DNA of 64,000 nt, from contig NC_092356.1 of the NCBI RefSeq assembly GCF_963676685.1, positions 64,666,001 to 64,730,000 on the forward strand, read 5' to 3'. The notes beneath the pieces were generated by a model. That model was not told the origin of the DNA. It saw only the letters and a list, made by a program, of their open reading frames with translations, and ran no database searches. The stretch comes from Mytilus edulis. Its lineage: Eukaryota. The translations under genes and the position numbers were made by a program. Every line of letters begins with the position of its first letter. Within the stretch, counting starts at the first letter, position 1. This document shows positions 1 to 13,400 of the stretch, one piece after another.

Positions 1-14
1 ACAAACAATTACTG

Positions 15-570
15 GGTCCGTGTATATCTGCGTCCAATCGTTTTTCGTTTTGAAATATCAAAAACAAAAAACAAAAAACGAAAGTGTTCTCATTTTTCGT
101 TTTTGATTTCATAAAAACCAAAATGAAAAACGAAAGTGTTTTCATTTTTCGTTTTTGATTTCTTATAAACCAAAATGAAAAACAAAAGTGTTTTCGTTTT
201 TCGTTTTTGATTTCACAAACAAAAAACGAAAAACAAAAGTATTTTCATTTTTCAATTTTGATTTCTCAAAAACTAAAATCGAAAAATGAAAGTGTTTTCA
301 TTATTCAATTTTGATTTCACAAAACAAAAAACGAAAAAAGAAAGTGTATTTATGTTATCTTTCCAACACAGTTTAATTGTCATTCCAAAAATGACAATGT
401 TGTCATTTGTCATTCATTTAAAGGTCGTTAAAGTATACATGCACAGCGGTTGTCAGATCAATACTACTTTAATCGAAGATAATGTAGACGGATGCAAAAG
501 TCTTTATCAATCGAAACAATAAGGGTGCGTGATCTTTAATTTTAAGTTTGGAGAGGTTAATCGAAGATGA
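15..570 (+). repeat. Left TIR with ~6 copies of a ~52-bp internally palindromic tandem unit
   Basis: GATTTC recurs at 105, 157, 209, 260, 313. Similarity to the right TIR fades near 570. Confidence 0.85.
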
Positions 571-1662
571 TAATACTGTAGCGTAACTAGCCTCTTTTAC
601 AAATAAAGCAAACTTTATATTGTTGGCGAGGGAAGGGCTCAAGGACTCCAGAAGAACTGGAAAAAATGATACAAAATCTTTCAGACCCTTTCTTAATCTA
701 AAGCGCAAGTTTTAATTTATCTATTTTATTATGTTCTGGTCTCGGAGCAAAATATATAGATACAGTGTAAGACTTTTAGTATTGACATGTATGAACAATA
801 TCAAAAGACATATGTAGGATGATGAAAAAAATAATGTAATCCACAAAGTCAAGTGTGTGGCTATTGTTAGTTTGGATTGGAAATTTTCTCACCGGAACGG
901 TGATCGAACCAGGAACTTATGTTTTTGTATAGTCCGATGCATTAACCTATGTTAATTTTGTATAATGAGGATCAATGGTCTAGTTCCTCGTTGAAGACCC
1001 TCCAGCTCCTTTCAAGATGAAGAACAGACATAAAAGCCCTGTTCATTAATAATTTGTATTTTTTCTATATATTGTGTGCGATTTTGTCCCGTGTACATTT
1101 ACTCCACATCTCTTTATTTTCTATTTCGGACCTGGACATGGCTCAATGCTAGTTTAGACCTCCAATGTTAAAGGTCATATGTTTTTTTTTAATTATTTGA
1201 TGCCGTGGGATTGGGATTTGTATTTACAGCCAAGATGGCCAGTTTTGTGTTCTGTAATATACTGTATCAGTTTAATTTTACTTGTCCGGTACTTCTCAAA
1301 ACATCTTCCGAACAATATCTGGACGTCGGTGTCGTGGGCATGTACAATTGCTAAACCACACATGAACGTTCTTTAGTCTTCGTAGATCTATTCCAACTTG
1401 AAGTCTTTTGAGTCTACGACAAGCAGAATATGATATTTTATACCATTAAATATTGAAGCCATAGTCATGAAGATCGATTACTTGATTGGTGTTCCGTTAA
1501 CGTAGCCGCAGAACAAAAACGCGAGAGCTATTTTTGAATATTTCTACAATTTTAAGTAGTTCTCCACTCACAAACACAATAATATTTTCAACATTTATTA
1601 AAATCTTTTTTTTTACACTTTTTAACTTTTATGTTGTTTTAAAATATCAATTTGACTTGAAT

Positions 1663-1992
1663 TTGGGATCCCGCTAACATGTTTAACCCCGCCACATTCA
1701 AAATGTATGTGCCTGTCCTAAGTCTGAAGCCTGTAATTCAGTGGTTGTCGTTTGTTTATGTGTTACATTTTTGTTTTTCGTTCAATTTTTGTGCATAAAT
1801 TAGGCCGTTTGTTTTCTTGTTTGAATTGTTTTACATTGTCATTTCGGAGCCTTTTATATATGACTATGCGGTATGGGCTTTGCTCATTGTTGAAGGCCGT
1901 ACGATGACCTATAGTTGATAATTTCTGTGTTATGTTGGTCTCTTGTGGAGAGTTGTCTCAATGACAATCATACCACATCTTCTTTTTTATAT
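1663..1992 (+). repeat. Dispersed repeat family A (GGGATCCCGCTAACATGTTTAACCCCGCC...CCACATCTTCTTTTT)
   Basis: Other copies at about 21636-21954 (-), 48352-48782 (-) and 59800-60033 (-). Partial or diverged copies near 2370-2830, 10510-10680, 31330-31570 and 34170-34290. Confidence 0.85.
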
Positions 1993-3718
1993 TTATATGA
2001 GTATATTAAATAAACATGTATATACCAAGCTAAGTCAGTTTATATCTTGTTTTTCGTCTGAATATACAAAAGGCGAGGAGAGCTACTTTGATAGATCAGG
2101 TTGACTGATAAGCTGTCTATATAAAGTAATGGGACAATGCATGGCATGAAGACATCACCAAATCACCGTATGCAATACTCAAAAAGACATCCAGAGCTTA
2201 CCATATAGTCATCAACTACCCACCAACAGGCCGTGAGTTTTGGTTGGCTCTTAACTCAAATCCAAGAGCACAGCAAAATGTCAAAATATTCTATTCAAAC
2301 TAGGTGACCTGGGAGAAAAACATTGAAATTTCCAAAGAAACACACACACCCTCAACTTTTAATAAGGAGATTTGGTATTAATGCAAATGAGTCAACTATC
2401 CATCAAAGTTCAAATGTAGTGGATGTAAGCAATTATATATAGGCAACCATATAACCTTCAACAATGAGAAAATGAAAACATACGGTATTGTCGGCTACAA
2501 TAGTCCATGAATTGAAAAATATGAAACAGTTCAATTGAGAAAAATAACAGCCTATTTTAAAACAACATGAATTACGAAAAACACATATAAAAGACATCAA
2601 CAAACGAAAACCGTTGAACTAAATGCTCCCGAGTTGGAGCAGGCACATGCAATATATTGTGGCGTTTAACATGCTTGTAAACAGCCGGGACAGTTTTGTT
2701 ACAGCACAGCATAAGAACAAACTATACAAATCAGTGGAAAAGGGCTTAACGTATGAGATAAATACAAAACAGAAGGAAAAAAAGGTCTAACAAAGACAAA
2801 TACCGAATGTGGCAGGGTATTTTTACCTCATTTTCAAACAACCAAAGTACTGAAGTACTGAACATCGAATGACTGCAAGTTCTTTTGGATTGTCACAAGC
2901 ACTTGTCTCAGAAAAAAAATCACATCTCTATTCTTGAAAGTGAAGTTAATGTACAGATATATTTTTTTGAAACTCAGTACACATATACTATATCATATGA
3001 TCTTTTTAATTTCAATGCCAAATATAGAGTTCTGACCCTCAATTCCACGGTCCACTAGACATGGAAAATGATAGTGCGAGTGGGGCATTTATGTGGTATG
3101 GACACATTCTTATTCAAATCCTTTATTAAAGAAGTCAGTAAATTTACTACAGATAACACTACATTTGTAAATTAGACGCACTAATCTAATTAAAAGGTAT
3201 ATCTCTGATTTCGTAATACTTATGTGTATGAGAAAATTAATATATATATTAATTTTGATAAGATTGTTGAACGAACGCGTTAAATCTTAGGATTTTATTC
3301 TTGTCAATTTTTCCGACCGAGCAGAGCGAGTCGAAAACAATTAAATAGACGTCTTTCAAGCCAAAGTTAATATGTTTGCTATACACACATATGATTTTAT
3401 TAAACTTGGTTATCAATTATTAATAAAAAATACAGTCCTAGATAATAAAAAATCATGAAATATTTGGTCTAGTTATAAAAAAAATCACACAAAAAAACAG
3501 TAGTTGTCGTTTGTTGATGTCGTTCTTGCTTCTCGTTTTTTAGCTCACCTGGCCCGAAGTGTCAAGTGTGCTTTTCTCATATCTTGGCGTCCGTCGTCCG
3601 TCGCCGTAACTTTTACAAAAATCTTCTCCACTGAAACTACTGAGCCAAATTCAACCAAACTTAGCCACCATCATCATTGGGGTATCTAGTATAACAAATC
3701 TGTCCGGAAGAGCATTGA

Positions 3719-4050
3719 GGACTCATCAGTGACGCTCATATCAAAATATTTATAAAGCCAAACAAGTACGAAGTTGAAGAGCATTGAGGATCCAAAATTC
3801 CAAAAAGTTGTGCCAAAAACGGCTAAGGTAATCTATTCCTGGGATAAGAAAATCCTTAGTTTTTCGAAAATTCAAAGTTTTCTATTCAGGAAATTTATAA
3901 AAATGACCACATAATTGATATTCATGTCAACACCGAAGTGCTGACTACTGGGCTGGTGATACCCTCGGGGTCGAAACGTCCACCAGCAGTGGCATCGACC
4001 CAGTGGTGTAAATAGTTATCAAAGCTACCAAGATTATAATTTAGTAAGAC
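3719..4050 (-). mobile_element. Retrozyme-like / PLE-associated repeat, truncated within its minimal type I hammerhead
   Basis: The minus strand reads GAGCGTCA-CTGATGA-GTC and then breaks. The body matches 34903-35198. Confidence 0.65.
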
Positions 4051-4286
4051 ACGCAAGAATAAAAAAAAATATTTGGCCTTCAATGTCTCAACCTTTTTTA
4101 ATGTGAGTAACTTCATTGTTCACTTAGATTTCGATTTTGATATTGTTTTTGCTAGTTTCCATAATAGATAATTCCGGTAATTGTTCTTCATAAAACCCTA
4201 TGGGAAAGCACATTAACTAAATTTTCCAAACGTTTATTGGAACCCAATGATTTGGCAAGGTGTTGCAACCTGTAATGTAAAAAAGT

Positions 4287-4537
4287 TACAGCCGATTGCA
4301 CTGAGTGTGTAGGCAAAGGTAGCATATCCTTGGTTAGCTTGCTTGTATTATTAGGTTAGGTAAACTACCCTCCTTTAAGAGTAGACTAGTTCGACAGATA
4401 ACCAATCAATCTGTCCGTAGGACTAGGCTCCTTCTACAGGAGGGTGGTATACCTACCTAGTTACTTCATAGTTCAACTAACAAACAAGCGATCCAAAGAT
4501 ATTATCTTTGTCTACACACTCAATGTAATCGGCTGTA
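4287..4537. repeat. ~250-bp imperfect palindrome (long hairpin)
   Basis: TACAGCCGATTGCACTGAGTGTGTAGGCAAAG pairs with CTTTGTCTACACACTCAATGTAATCGGCTGTA. Inner arms ACTACCCTCCT/AGGAGGGTGGT and GACAGA/TCTGTC also pair. Confidence 0.8.
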
Positions 4538-4744
4538 GTGAAAATGCGGAGTTTGTGAGACCAGGCTCAAGCAGCCAGTCGGTAGCAGTCAGTTTTCAAA
4601 TATATAAAAACAAACATTGCATAAGACTCAAACGTACTGCAAATGTTTTTATTAATATATAACCACTGTATCATCAGTTTTTAAAATATAATTCAGCAGT
4701 CAAAGACACTTTTCAATGAATATTAAAATTTCATTTCTGGTTTA

Positions 4745-5095
4745 TTTAAGAATTGAATGCTTTTTTTTGTTACTTCATTGAGGTGTAAAGCGATGACCGA
4801 AATACATTTTGTATGAAAAGCAGAAGCGTTTCATTCTGAAAATGTACGCACGGTCAACGCTTTTACAACCCTATGAAGTTACAAAAAGAAGCATTCAATA
4901 TTTATAATTACATGTTTTAGCTAGGATCATGAAAACACGTTTTTTATGAAGTTTTTATTAAATTCACCTTTGCACTTTATTGTGGGACCTCGTGTCATCA
5001 TGAATAATGATTTTCGTTGTGTAATGTAACATGAGATGTGCAGTTAGCCAATCAGAATAACGAATTATAATGAAACATACATCTTATGTTATTAT
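4745..5095 (+). mobile_element. Short non-autonomous element with terminal long hairpin and CCAATCAG motif
   Basis: Palindrome at about 4750-4900 (ATTGAATGCTT...AAGCATTCAAT), followed by AGCCAATCAG at about 5046. Confidence 0.5.
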
Positions 5096-6582
5096 TAGTT
5101 ATATAAAGCCAAAATCAATCGCTTTCGATATATTACACAGCGTACTGCCCGCTTTACATTTTAAATAGTCAACACTTGGAGTGTTTATAGAATCGTAAAT
5201 AATTATGATTTTTCTTCATGATGGCAAAATTGCACTAATGGGTGAAATAGCTTTCCTTATTATCGGCATCCTGTCAAATAGTTCATGAAAAGTATTAATA
5301 ATTCTGCATTAAAAGAAAAGAAAGTTGCACTCGTGCTTTAACTTTTTTTTGCCACACAAAACTGTTTTTACAAAACATTCTACCTCTGAACTAGTGGATT
5401 TCGCTTAAATATGACTGGACAAAAGGTTTATTTTTTGTATTCAAAGTATGGTGGGCAAATAAATTATTTATTAGCTTAAAAAAGATTGATCCGTGCTATA
5501 AATTAACTTGTAATTTTGATCAAGTAGGCCCTAGATCTCTAGCTTACGTTCTCACCTAGTGCAGATAAAAGTATTGCCGCAGAATTTTTTTATTACCTGT
5601 CTGGTAAGGGTTTTTATAGGGTATACGACCTCAACTTAAGACCTACTTTAGAAGACAAAAACTAAGCAGAACAACACCCTGGATTTTTTACTGTAGATCC
5701 CAGCTACCCAGCTTCCCTTTGTAACTAGTGAGGACAATTTTTATTACATTTTCGGTAAGGATGGGGTTCGGTGTTCGACCCCAACTTTGGACCTATCTTT
5801 AAAAAAAATAAGCTGAACATCAACCTTGATTTTTTTCTCCAGCAGACATCAGCTACCAAGCTCCCCTTTACACATTGTTCGGACAGAAGTATTTCCGTAG
5901 ACATTTGTTTATTAACTTTTAAGTAATGATGGGGTAGGGTGGGTAACTGAGGTCCACTTGAAAAAAAAATACAGGGACTCCAATGTGGTGTGGTCTATTA
6001 CCGAAAATCTATGGTAGTTTGCAAAATAATAGTCTTTTTTTATAATGTGATATGTAAAATGTTGGTAAATAATGAAAGCACGATTCTTAATTAATAGACA
6101 TAGAAATAAAGAGAAACCGTATGATAACAAATACCAATCTCCCAGAGACAAACTAACGTTCATTAAGGCAACTAGTATGATGGTCTTGATTCGGGGTTCT
6201 TAATTTCTGTATTCTTTGATATTTTATGCCACATTTCTCTATTCTTTATACTTTTTGACAATTATTCTCTTATCATTACATTTTGACACCATTATTCTAG
6301 CTATTTTATTTATTTCTTGGTGCATTGTCTCTATTATTTATATTTTTTGTCCCCTATTCGCAATTCCATAATCCCCCATCAACAACCTCTAGTTAATATC
6401 ACCTTATAGTCTTCACAAATAAGCAAAATTAATACCTTATAGGCTCCTAATGACAAACCAATTTAATATCCCAGTTTGAATTGTGAAATTGCGGAAATTT
6501 TGAAAATTTGATCAAGCAAAATACATTATCGTCCTCGTAGTTCGTAAAATACTGGCAGATGGATCTTGGTCATCAATTCTAA

Positions 6583-7190
6583 TAATCTTGGATCGACCTT
6601 TCTAAACCTAAAAGTAATAAAGTTCACGCACCCATATTGTTCCGATTGCTAAAGACTTTTGCATCCGTCGACATTATCTTCGATTAAAGTAGTATTGATC
6701 TGACAACCGCTGTGCATGTATACTTTAGCAACCTTTAAATGAATGACAAATGACAACATTGTCATTTTTTGAATGACAATTAAACTATGTTGGAAAGATA
6801 ACATAAATACACTTTCGTTTTTCATTTTTTGTTTTTGTGAAATCAAAAATGAAAAATGAAAACACTTTCATTTTTCGATTTTAGTTTTTGAGAAATCAAA
6901 ATTGAAAAATGAAAATACTTTTGTTTTTCGTTTTTTGTTTTTGAAATCAAAAATGAAAAACGAAAACACTTTTGTTTTTCATTTTGGTTTTTAAGAAAAA
7001 ACGAAAAATGAAAACACTTTCGTTTTTCGTTTTGGTTTTTAAGAAATCAAAAACGAAAAATGAAAACACTTTCGTTTTTCATTTTGATTTTTATGAAATC
7101 AAAAACGAAAAATGAAAACACTTTCGTTTTTTGTTTTTTGTTTTTGATATTTCAAAACGAAAAACGAATGGACGCAGATATACACGGACC
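6583..7190 (-). repeat. Right TIR of the foldback element
   Basis: Reverse complement of 15-570, including the 52-bp subrepeats. ORFs 286..522 and 6649..6846 translate near-identically. Confidence 0.85.
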
Positions 7191-10063
7191 TTACTGACAT
7201 GGCAGCTTTATACTTCAATCAACGAAATTGTCATATTATGAAAGATACAATTAAACCCTACCCACAACGCCATGATTTCTATAGATCCAACAAAAGACAG
7301 ACTGCCCGTACAAGGCGCACAAATACAGAAATATAAAAAAAATAAATTAAAAAACGCAAATAAATTGTATCGTATCATGTCAATTGATAGTGATACTGGT
7401 TGCGATATCAAAGTACATTTAAGAATGGATACGGGGATTGTGTCAAAGAGAAAACCCGATTAAACGGAACTAGGCACCAATATGTATTCGGCGCAGCGAC
7501 AGTTGTGCACCCAGTCGTAGGCTTCAGTTTGTCATTTAACAAGGATGTGTTAAACTCTGAAGCATATAAATGAACAAAAAAACTATACAAGACTAACATG
7601 AGTCAGAGGCTGACGACTTGAGAAATGTACATACATGGGTCAGAGTAAAACATGTTTTGTCAGCAATCAACCCTTCCCAATACCTCTAGCCATTTTAGAG
7701 TAAACAAGCACACAGCAATAAACATAGTAAAACTCGATTCAAAATAAATGTGACGCCTTTTTCGCTACACATACACATAATGTCACAAAAACAGTTTTGT
7801 CAAGGGCATGATTGTATTACTATATTTTCAAGGTAGAAATAGTTCTTTATGAACTTTCAAATTAAATTTGCACAATGTACAACTTGTGGTTCAGCAAATA
7901 ATTTCAACAATGTTTTAATTTCATTTCAATCGAAACTACAATCACTTTGAAGGATTGCTAACTTGAAGTACATTTTTGTTATCATCATTATAGTTTCCTG
8001 CTGTAGCTTGTGCTGGCACACCTCAAAATTTGATATATTCAAAAAATGGTTCTTTTCACAACTGATTATCGGTTTATTTTCAAAACTGTAAACAATGTCA
8101 TTTCTTATTTTAAGTATGACCAGTTTTTATTGGTTTGGCAACTAAACAGTAATTTAAAGTGATAAGTGATAGATAATGCGTTTATCATGAATCGATTAAC
8201 TATAAGAATATCTTTATAAGAAGCTTATGTAATGTAAATCTATGTGGCATTTTTATTTTATCTACGAAACTGTAACGAGGTCAAAACAGTCAAAACATTT
8301 ATAAAAAGGTGAACATACAACAAGAGTTAAATAAAGGTCAAAAGTTGAAGATGAACAAACACCATCTTAGATTTGAGCGTTTCTTGAGAGTGTCAATTAG
8401 GAACAGGCATAAAATTTATAAATCGGTATTTCCAATTATCGTCCAGCTTGGCATATTCTACTTGTTGCTGGAAGTGATAAATTATTATTATAAAAGGGAA
8501 TACATAGATATAGATAAATATCAGATACTTCGCTTATTGTATGCTTATATACTATGAAATAAAGGCTTAACAAGTTTAAGCCTATTAATTAAAGATAATG
8601 GTTGAATTCATGAGATATTCTGCATAAATGTATCTGTCGGATAGTTGTCTCACTGTCAATTATACTGCATTTCTGTATCTTATATAATAACTTTTTTCTT
8701 TATTTCTTCTATTTCATAAAAAACCCACTGACGAATTCGTTAGTCCTTTAAGAAAATATCTGCATTAATCAAACATCACAAAATGTAGAATCCATATATT
8801 TATAATGCTCTTATTTACTCCTTACACAATATTAAGTCCATGTTTGTTTGTAAAGATTTAAAATAAAATGTCAAAGAATGCGGTATTTTTCCAAAATCAA
8901 TGTATTACTGCAAATCAAATGTAGGCAGTTTATATAATTCCAACTTTTGTCGATAATCGTGACATATTTTTAAACCTTTGATAAACCACTTCTTCATTAT
9001 AAATAATTGATTTCACAGTTCAAATTTAGTTATGTCAATTGAGATAAAATGAGTTATGTAAAATTACCTAACTGTGTTAAATGTTACTATACTTGATTTA
9101 ATAATGAGTTATCTGTTTAATGCATAGGAAATAGGTAAACATTAATCAAGCAGAGATACACGATTACAGTTAGAAACAATTTTATTTTTATGTCATTATT
9201 AGAAAAAACAAAGGAAGTTTGAAATTAGAATGCGTTCTGTTATGCTTCTCTTTTTTTCTTATAATTGATGCATTTTAGTAGTTACAATTATAAGTCCATT
9301 TAGCTACCGAACAAAAATAAAATACAATTAACACTAATTAATCTAATTAATTTGCAATACTTTATAGTTATCAATGCGTTTTACCCCGCTGCATGTTTGA
9401 CATATTCCAAATTACCATTCTCAACTTTATTTACTTATTATGCAATAAATAGTTTAATTGTCGTAAGTTATCATGCTTTGTTGTATTAGATTAACAAAAC
9501 TGTTCATTTGAATTTCATTTTTCTATTTATCTTTTTTTTAACACTTGAATATAGATTTTTTTGCACTAAAGCAATGACCTTATCGCTACAGCTTTAAATT
9601 GTAAGGTACTCCAAAATTGTTAACATCTACAAAAAGCAGGATTTTATACAGATAAATATTATTTTTTGATATTTCATTTTAGAATTGTACAACAACAAAA
9701 TGTAAATACAATGTTCAATAATATTATGATATTAATCCGAAGTTTTTATCTACTGTTTTTTTTTAAATTAAATACAAAAATGTATACTAGGTTTCATATA
9801 GATAAGTATTATCTACGCACGTTTTATATAACCATAATACAATTAAATGCAATGTTCAATAATGATATAATACACTAAGCCGAAATTTAGCAATGGTAGA
9901 TATTTGAGAGTAAGTGTGTATGATTTTAATGCTGTACGGCTAACAGAATATGGACCTCAATATATGCAGGTTAAAACTTTGACTTCTTATGTTTGCATTC
10001 CATAATGGAATTGTTGTGTATACATGGCGTGTTCATACATGTAAACGAGATTTATAGTAAAAG

Positions 10064-10443
10064 TAATCGCCGTATTTGAATATCAAAAATAAGACAACGC
10101 GTGACCGAACGACGCATGGATTAAACGAGTGCGCAGCACGAGTTTAATCCATAGCGGCGTTCGGTCACAAGTTGTCTTTTTTTTATATTCAAATACGGCG
10201 ATTAGTTCTTCTTATTATTACATTGGCAAATGGCCTTTTTTATAAAATTAATGTAGAAAATGTAAGGAACTATATATTTTCCTACGCATTGACAATCTGT
10301 TTTGATCCGACGTTATCGACGTCTTGACAACGCCTACTGTTGTATGACGTCAGAGGGTGAAATAACCACGTTTATTTCACATGTGAAATTATCGGTTTTT
10401 ATCTAACTGGGAAATCAATGTAATGCATTGCAACCAATGTAAT
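10064..10443 (+). mobile_element. Short non-autonomous element: 140-bp terminal hairpin plus TGACGTCA
   Basis: TAATCGCCGTATTTGAATAT...ATATTCAAATACGGCGATTA (10064-10204) is a near-perfect palindrome. TGACGTCA lies at about 10345. Confidence 0.6.
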
Positions 10444-13400
10444 CAGTTGGTTTATTGTTAGATAATTTGAAAAAGGGACATTTGAAAAAAAAATCATATA
10501 GATCAGAACGTTTGTTTTCCCGTTAGAATGGTTTTACATTACTAATTTTGGGGCCCTTTATAGCTTGCCAAGGCTCAGTGTTGAAGGCCGTACCTATAAT
10601 GGTTTACTTTCATAAAGTTTTATTTAGATGGAGAGTTGTCTGATTGGTATTCATACAACATCTACCACATCTTCCTATATCTATGAACAAACTAAAAAAA
10701 ACATAGATTTAATCAATCATGTCTGAGAAAGTTGGAACCTACATTTGGACAAAAAATGTTCCTGGAACTATGTTTTTAGTACTTTAAGGATTAATGAAAT
10801 GTTACCAAATTGTATGCATTTTAAAATGTCATTAAATGTATCTCAGCCATCTGATATGGGAGGATATTAACTCGTGTAATATGTGTCAATTCTTTGACAG
10901 CGACATGAAGCAATAAAAATAGATTGCCTTCATCAGGCATACTGTATCACAAAGTATGGTTTGGTGGTTTAAAATGTGGTGCAAATATATCTACAATGTA
11001 TTGTACATATGCAAAACAAATGTAGTCCTGCACGAAATAATGATTAAAGTATCAATCAATACTTTGATGATGAGAATTCCAATATTTTAATCAAATGTTA
11101 AAATTAAAAATAATTGTACGCAATCAATATCAATGATGCAAAGAAGAGAATCAGGAAGAAGAGAAAATTAAGACAACAAAATTAATACATGTTCTATAAT
11201 AATGTTTTGGATAAATTGATATAACCGAAAGGCTCCAAGGCGCGTGATTCACTAATCTAGTAAACCTTCTATTTTGATATGAATATAATAATTAGGACTA
11301 AATAATGTTGGATTTATATTGCCAAAATCATGGCTTCATGTTATCTATTAATGTTTTAGACTAAAAGGGAACATTTGTCACTAGTAACTTAACTTCAATA
11401 TAGTTAGAGTATTATCAAACTGTTTCATTCATTATTAGACTGTATGTGTTGACGAGAGGCGAAAGATACCAGAGACATATTCAAATTCATAAGTAAAAAA
11501 TAAACTGACAACGCCATGGCTGAAACAAACACACAAACAATAGTACACACAACACAACATAGAAAACAATAGACTAAGCAACACAAACCCCTTTATAAAA
11601 CTAGGGATTATGTCATGTGCTCCTAAAGAGTTTCAAATATGGCATCCCTCATGTTAGTACAAACCAAGTTATATGTCCAAAATCGAAAGGTCCCATTGAT
11701 ATCAACCATTTGACATTTTGGTGATCTTGTCTAGTTGATCATTGTTACCGTTATAGTTTTCAAAATTGCACCAAATGTTTTTAAATCATTGAGGGTAATG
11801 ACTCCTGTCCAATCAGAACGTAAGTGGGTAGTTATTTGCAATCTTAATTCAATATTTTGTTACAATGTTTTCATAGACACGCTACCTTCTTTAGGCAAAA
11901 TAAATATGAAAATTAGTCAAAGTAGACCTTGTTTCATATGTCTATAATAAATTTTGGATAAAGAGTCACATAACAAAAATTACGAAAATTAAATAAAATT
12001 CCAAACAAAAAGTCATTATAAAATAGCAAAATCTGAAGCCCAAAACAATCTAACGAATGGAAACACAACTTCCATATAATGACTTGGTAAAGGCATTTTC
12101 TTCTGTACAGAATAATCGATTAAACATGGTTTTATACCTAGCTTAACTTTTCACTTGTTTGACAGGCGTTAAAAATTAGTATAGCAAATATAAACTTTTT
12201 CTAAGTATAAAACACAAAATAAAAAAACAATGCCATAATTGCTGATAAAGTTAGTAGAAGAATAACAATGTTCAAAGCTCGTTGGATTATTTTGTTGACA
12301 ATATATGTCGTATGTAAGTTGGACATATGTCAACATTTGCACCAATTATGTTCGTCCTGCTTTTGATATGATGGTATTGTGTAGTATTTTATTTTGTCGA
12401 CATTAGTACAACTCTATTTACTTTCATCAAGATACTCAAACTAATCAGCTATAGTTTGTGTAAAGTTGTTTACTATTTTTAGAGAATATTTGTTTTAAAT
12501 GTCCTTCGACTGATGATGACAAACCCTGAGTGATGGCAAAAGTTCTTTACATGCTCTTTGATAGTAATGATTGTTTTCGAGTGTGAGTCCTCATTTTACA
12601 GCATGTCTTTTAATTATGAAAGTGTACACAGTCTATTTAGGACGATAGCAATCCAATTCGTTTTAATTTACTAAAACATCACAACAACTATAACAGATAT
12701 GCAATTAGAATCACTGCGATTAAAAGGTGCATGATTGAACGATACCTTTGATATAATTCAGTAGGAACTAATGAGATTTTAAAGATGTCATTTATTGATG
12801 TGTTGATAAAAAACAAAAAAGATACAATTACATGTTGTCACTGAGCACATTCTGATTTCAAGCGTACAGCCTAAGTTTATGCACAATGTAGTTCAAAAAA
12901 AAATATGCTTTTTTCTATGAGTAAAAACCGTCTTTCTAATGGCATTTAGTAAAGGTGTTTCTAAAGTTTTGTGCATAGAATTGATCTGATGAATTCAGAC
13001 TATTCAAGTGATAACAAAAGTTTCTTCTCATGTTTTGTTCCACCATTGTTTTAAGAAAGGGAAATGATTTAACCCTTATTACAATGTTAACCTCCGCAAA
13101 GTTTTTACTATGCTTACAATGTGGTATTGCTTTTTTCGTACGATTTATTGCTAGTAGTTGTCAATAGTTTGATATTTTGGTAAATGCCTAGTTTATCTAA
13201 TAGGCTACTTGTCAAAAACAACACAAAGCAAAACGTTTAAGTTTGTTAGAATCAAACACATCTTTTTTCCTAATTGAAGTAAACATATTTGTTTGAAAAT
13301 AGCGGCAGACTGATGTTATCATTCGTCAACTTATATATTATTAATGTCAGGTCAAAGTTACTGGTCAGAAACCATAAAATATCCTTTAGTATATAATTGT

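Larger units (their letters stand above)
15..7190. mobile_element. Non-autonomous foldback-type DNA transposon with ~560-610 bp TIRs and 6-bp TSD (TTACTG)
   Basis: GGTCCGTGTATATCTGCGTCC at 15 is the reverse complement of the end at 7190. TTACTG flanks both sides (9-14 and 7191-7196). No transposase ORF seen inside. Confidence 0.85.

Noticed and set aside
286-522. 78-aa ORF and its twin at 6649..6846
   Set aside because: They lie in the TIRs and partly in low-complexity tandem units. The similarity reflects the inverted repeat, not coding.
3944-4008. Plus-strand hammerhead-like motif CUGGUGA...GAAA closed by ACUACUGGG/CCCAGUGGU
   Set aside because: Three departures from the core (A6 to G, unpaired 10.1-11.1, no U16.1) and a competing GCUGGUG/CACCAGC helix. 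Structured, but not supportable as a ribozyme.
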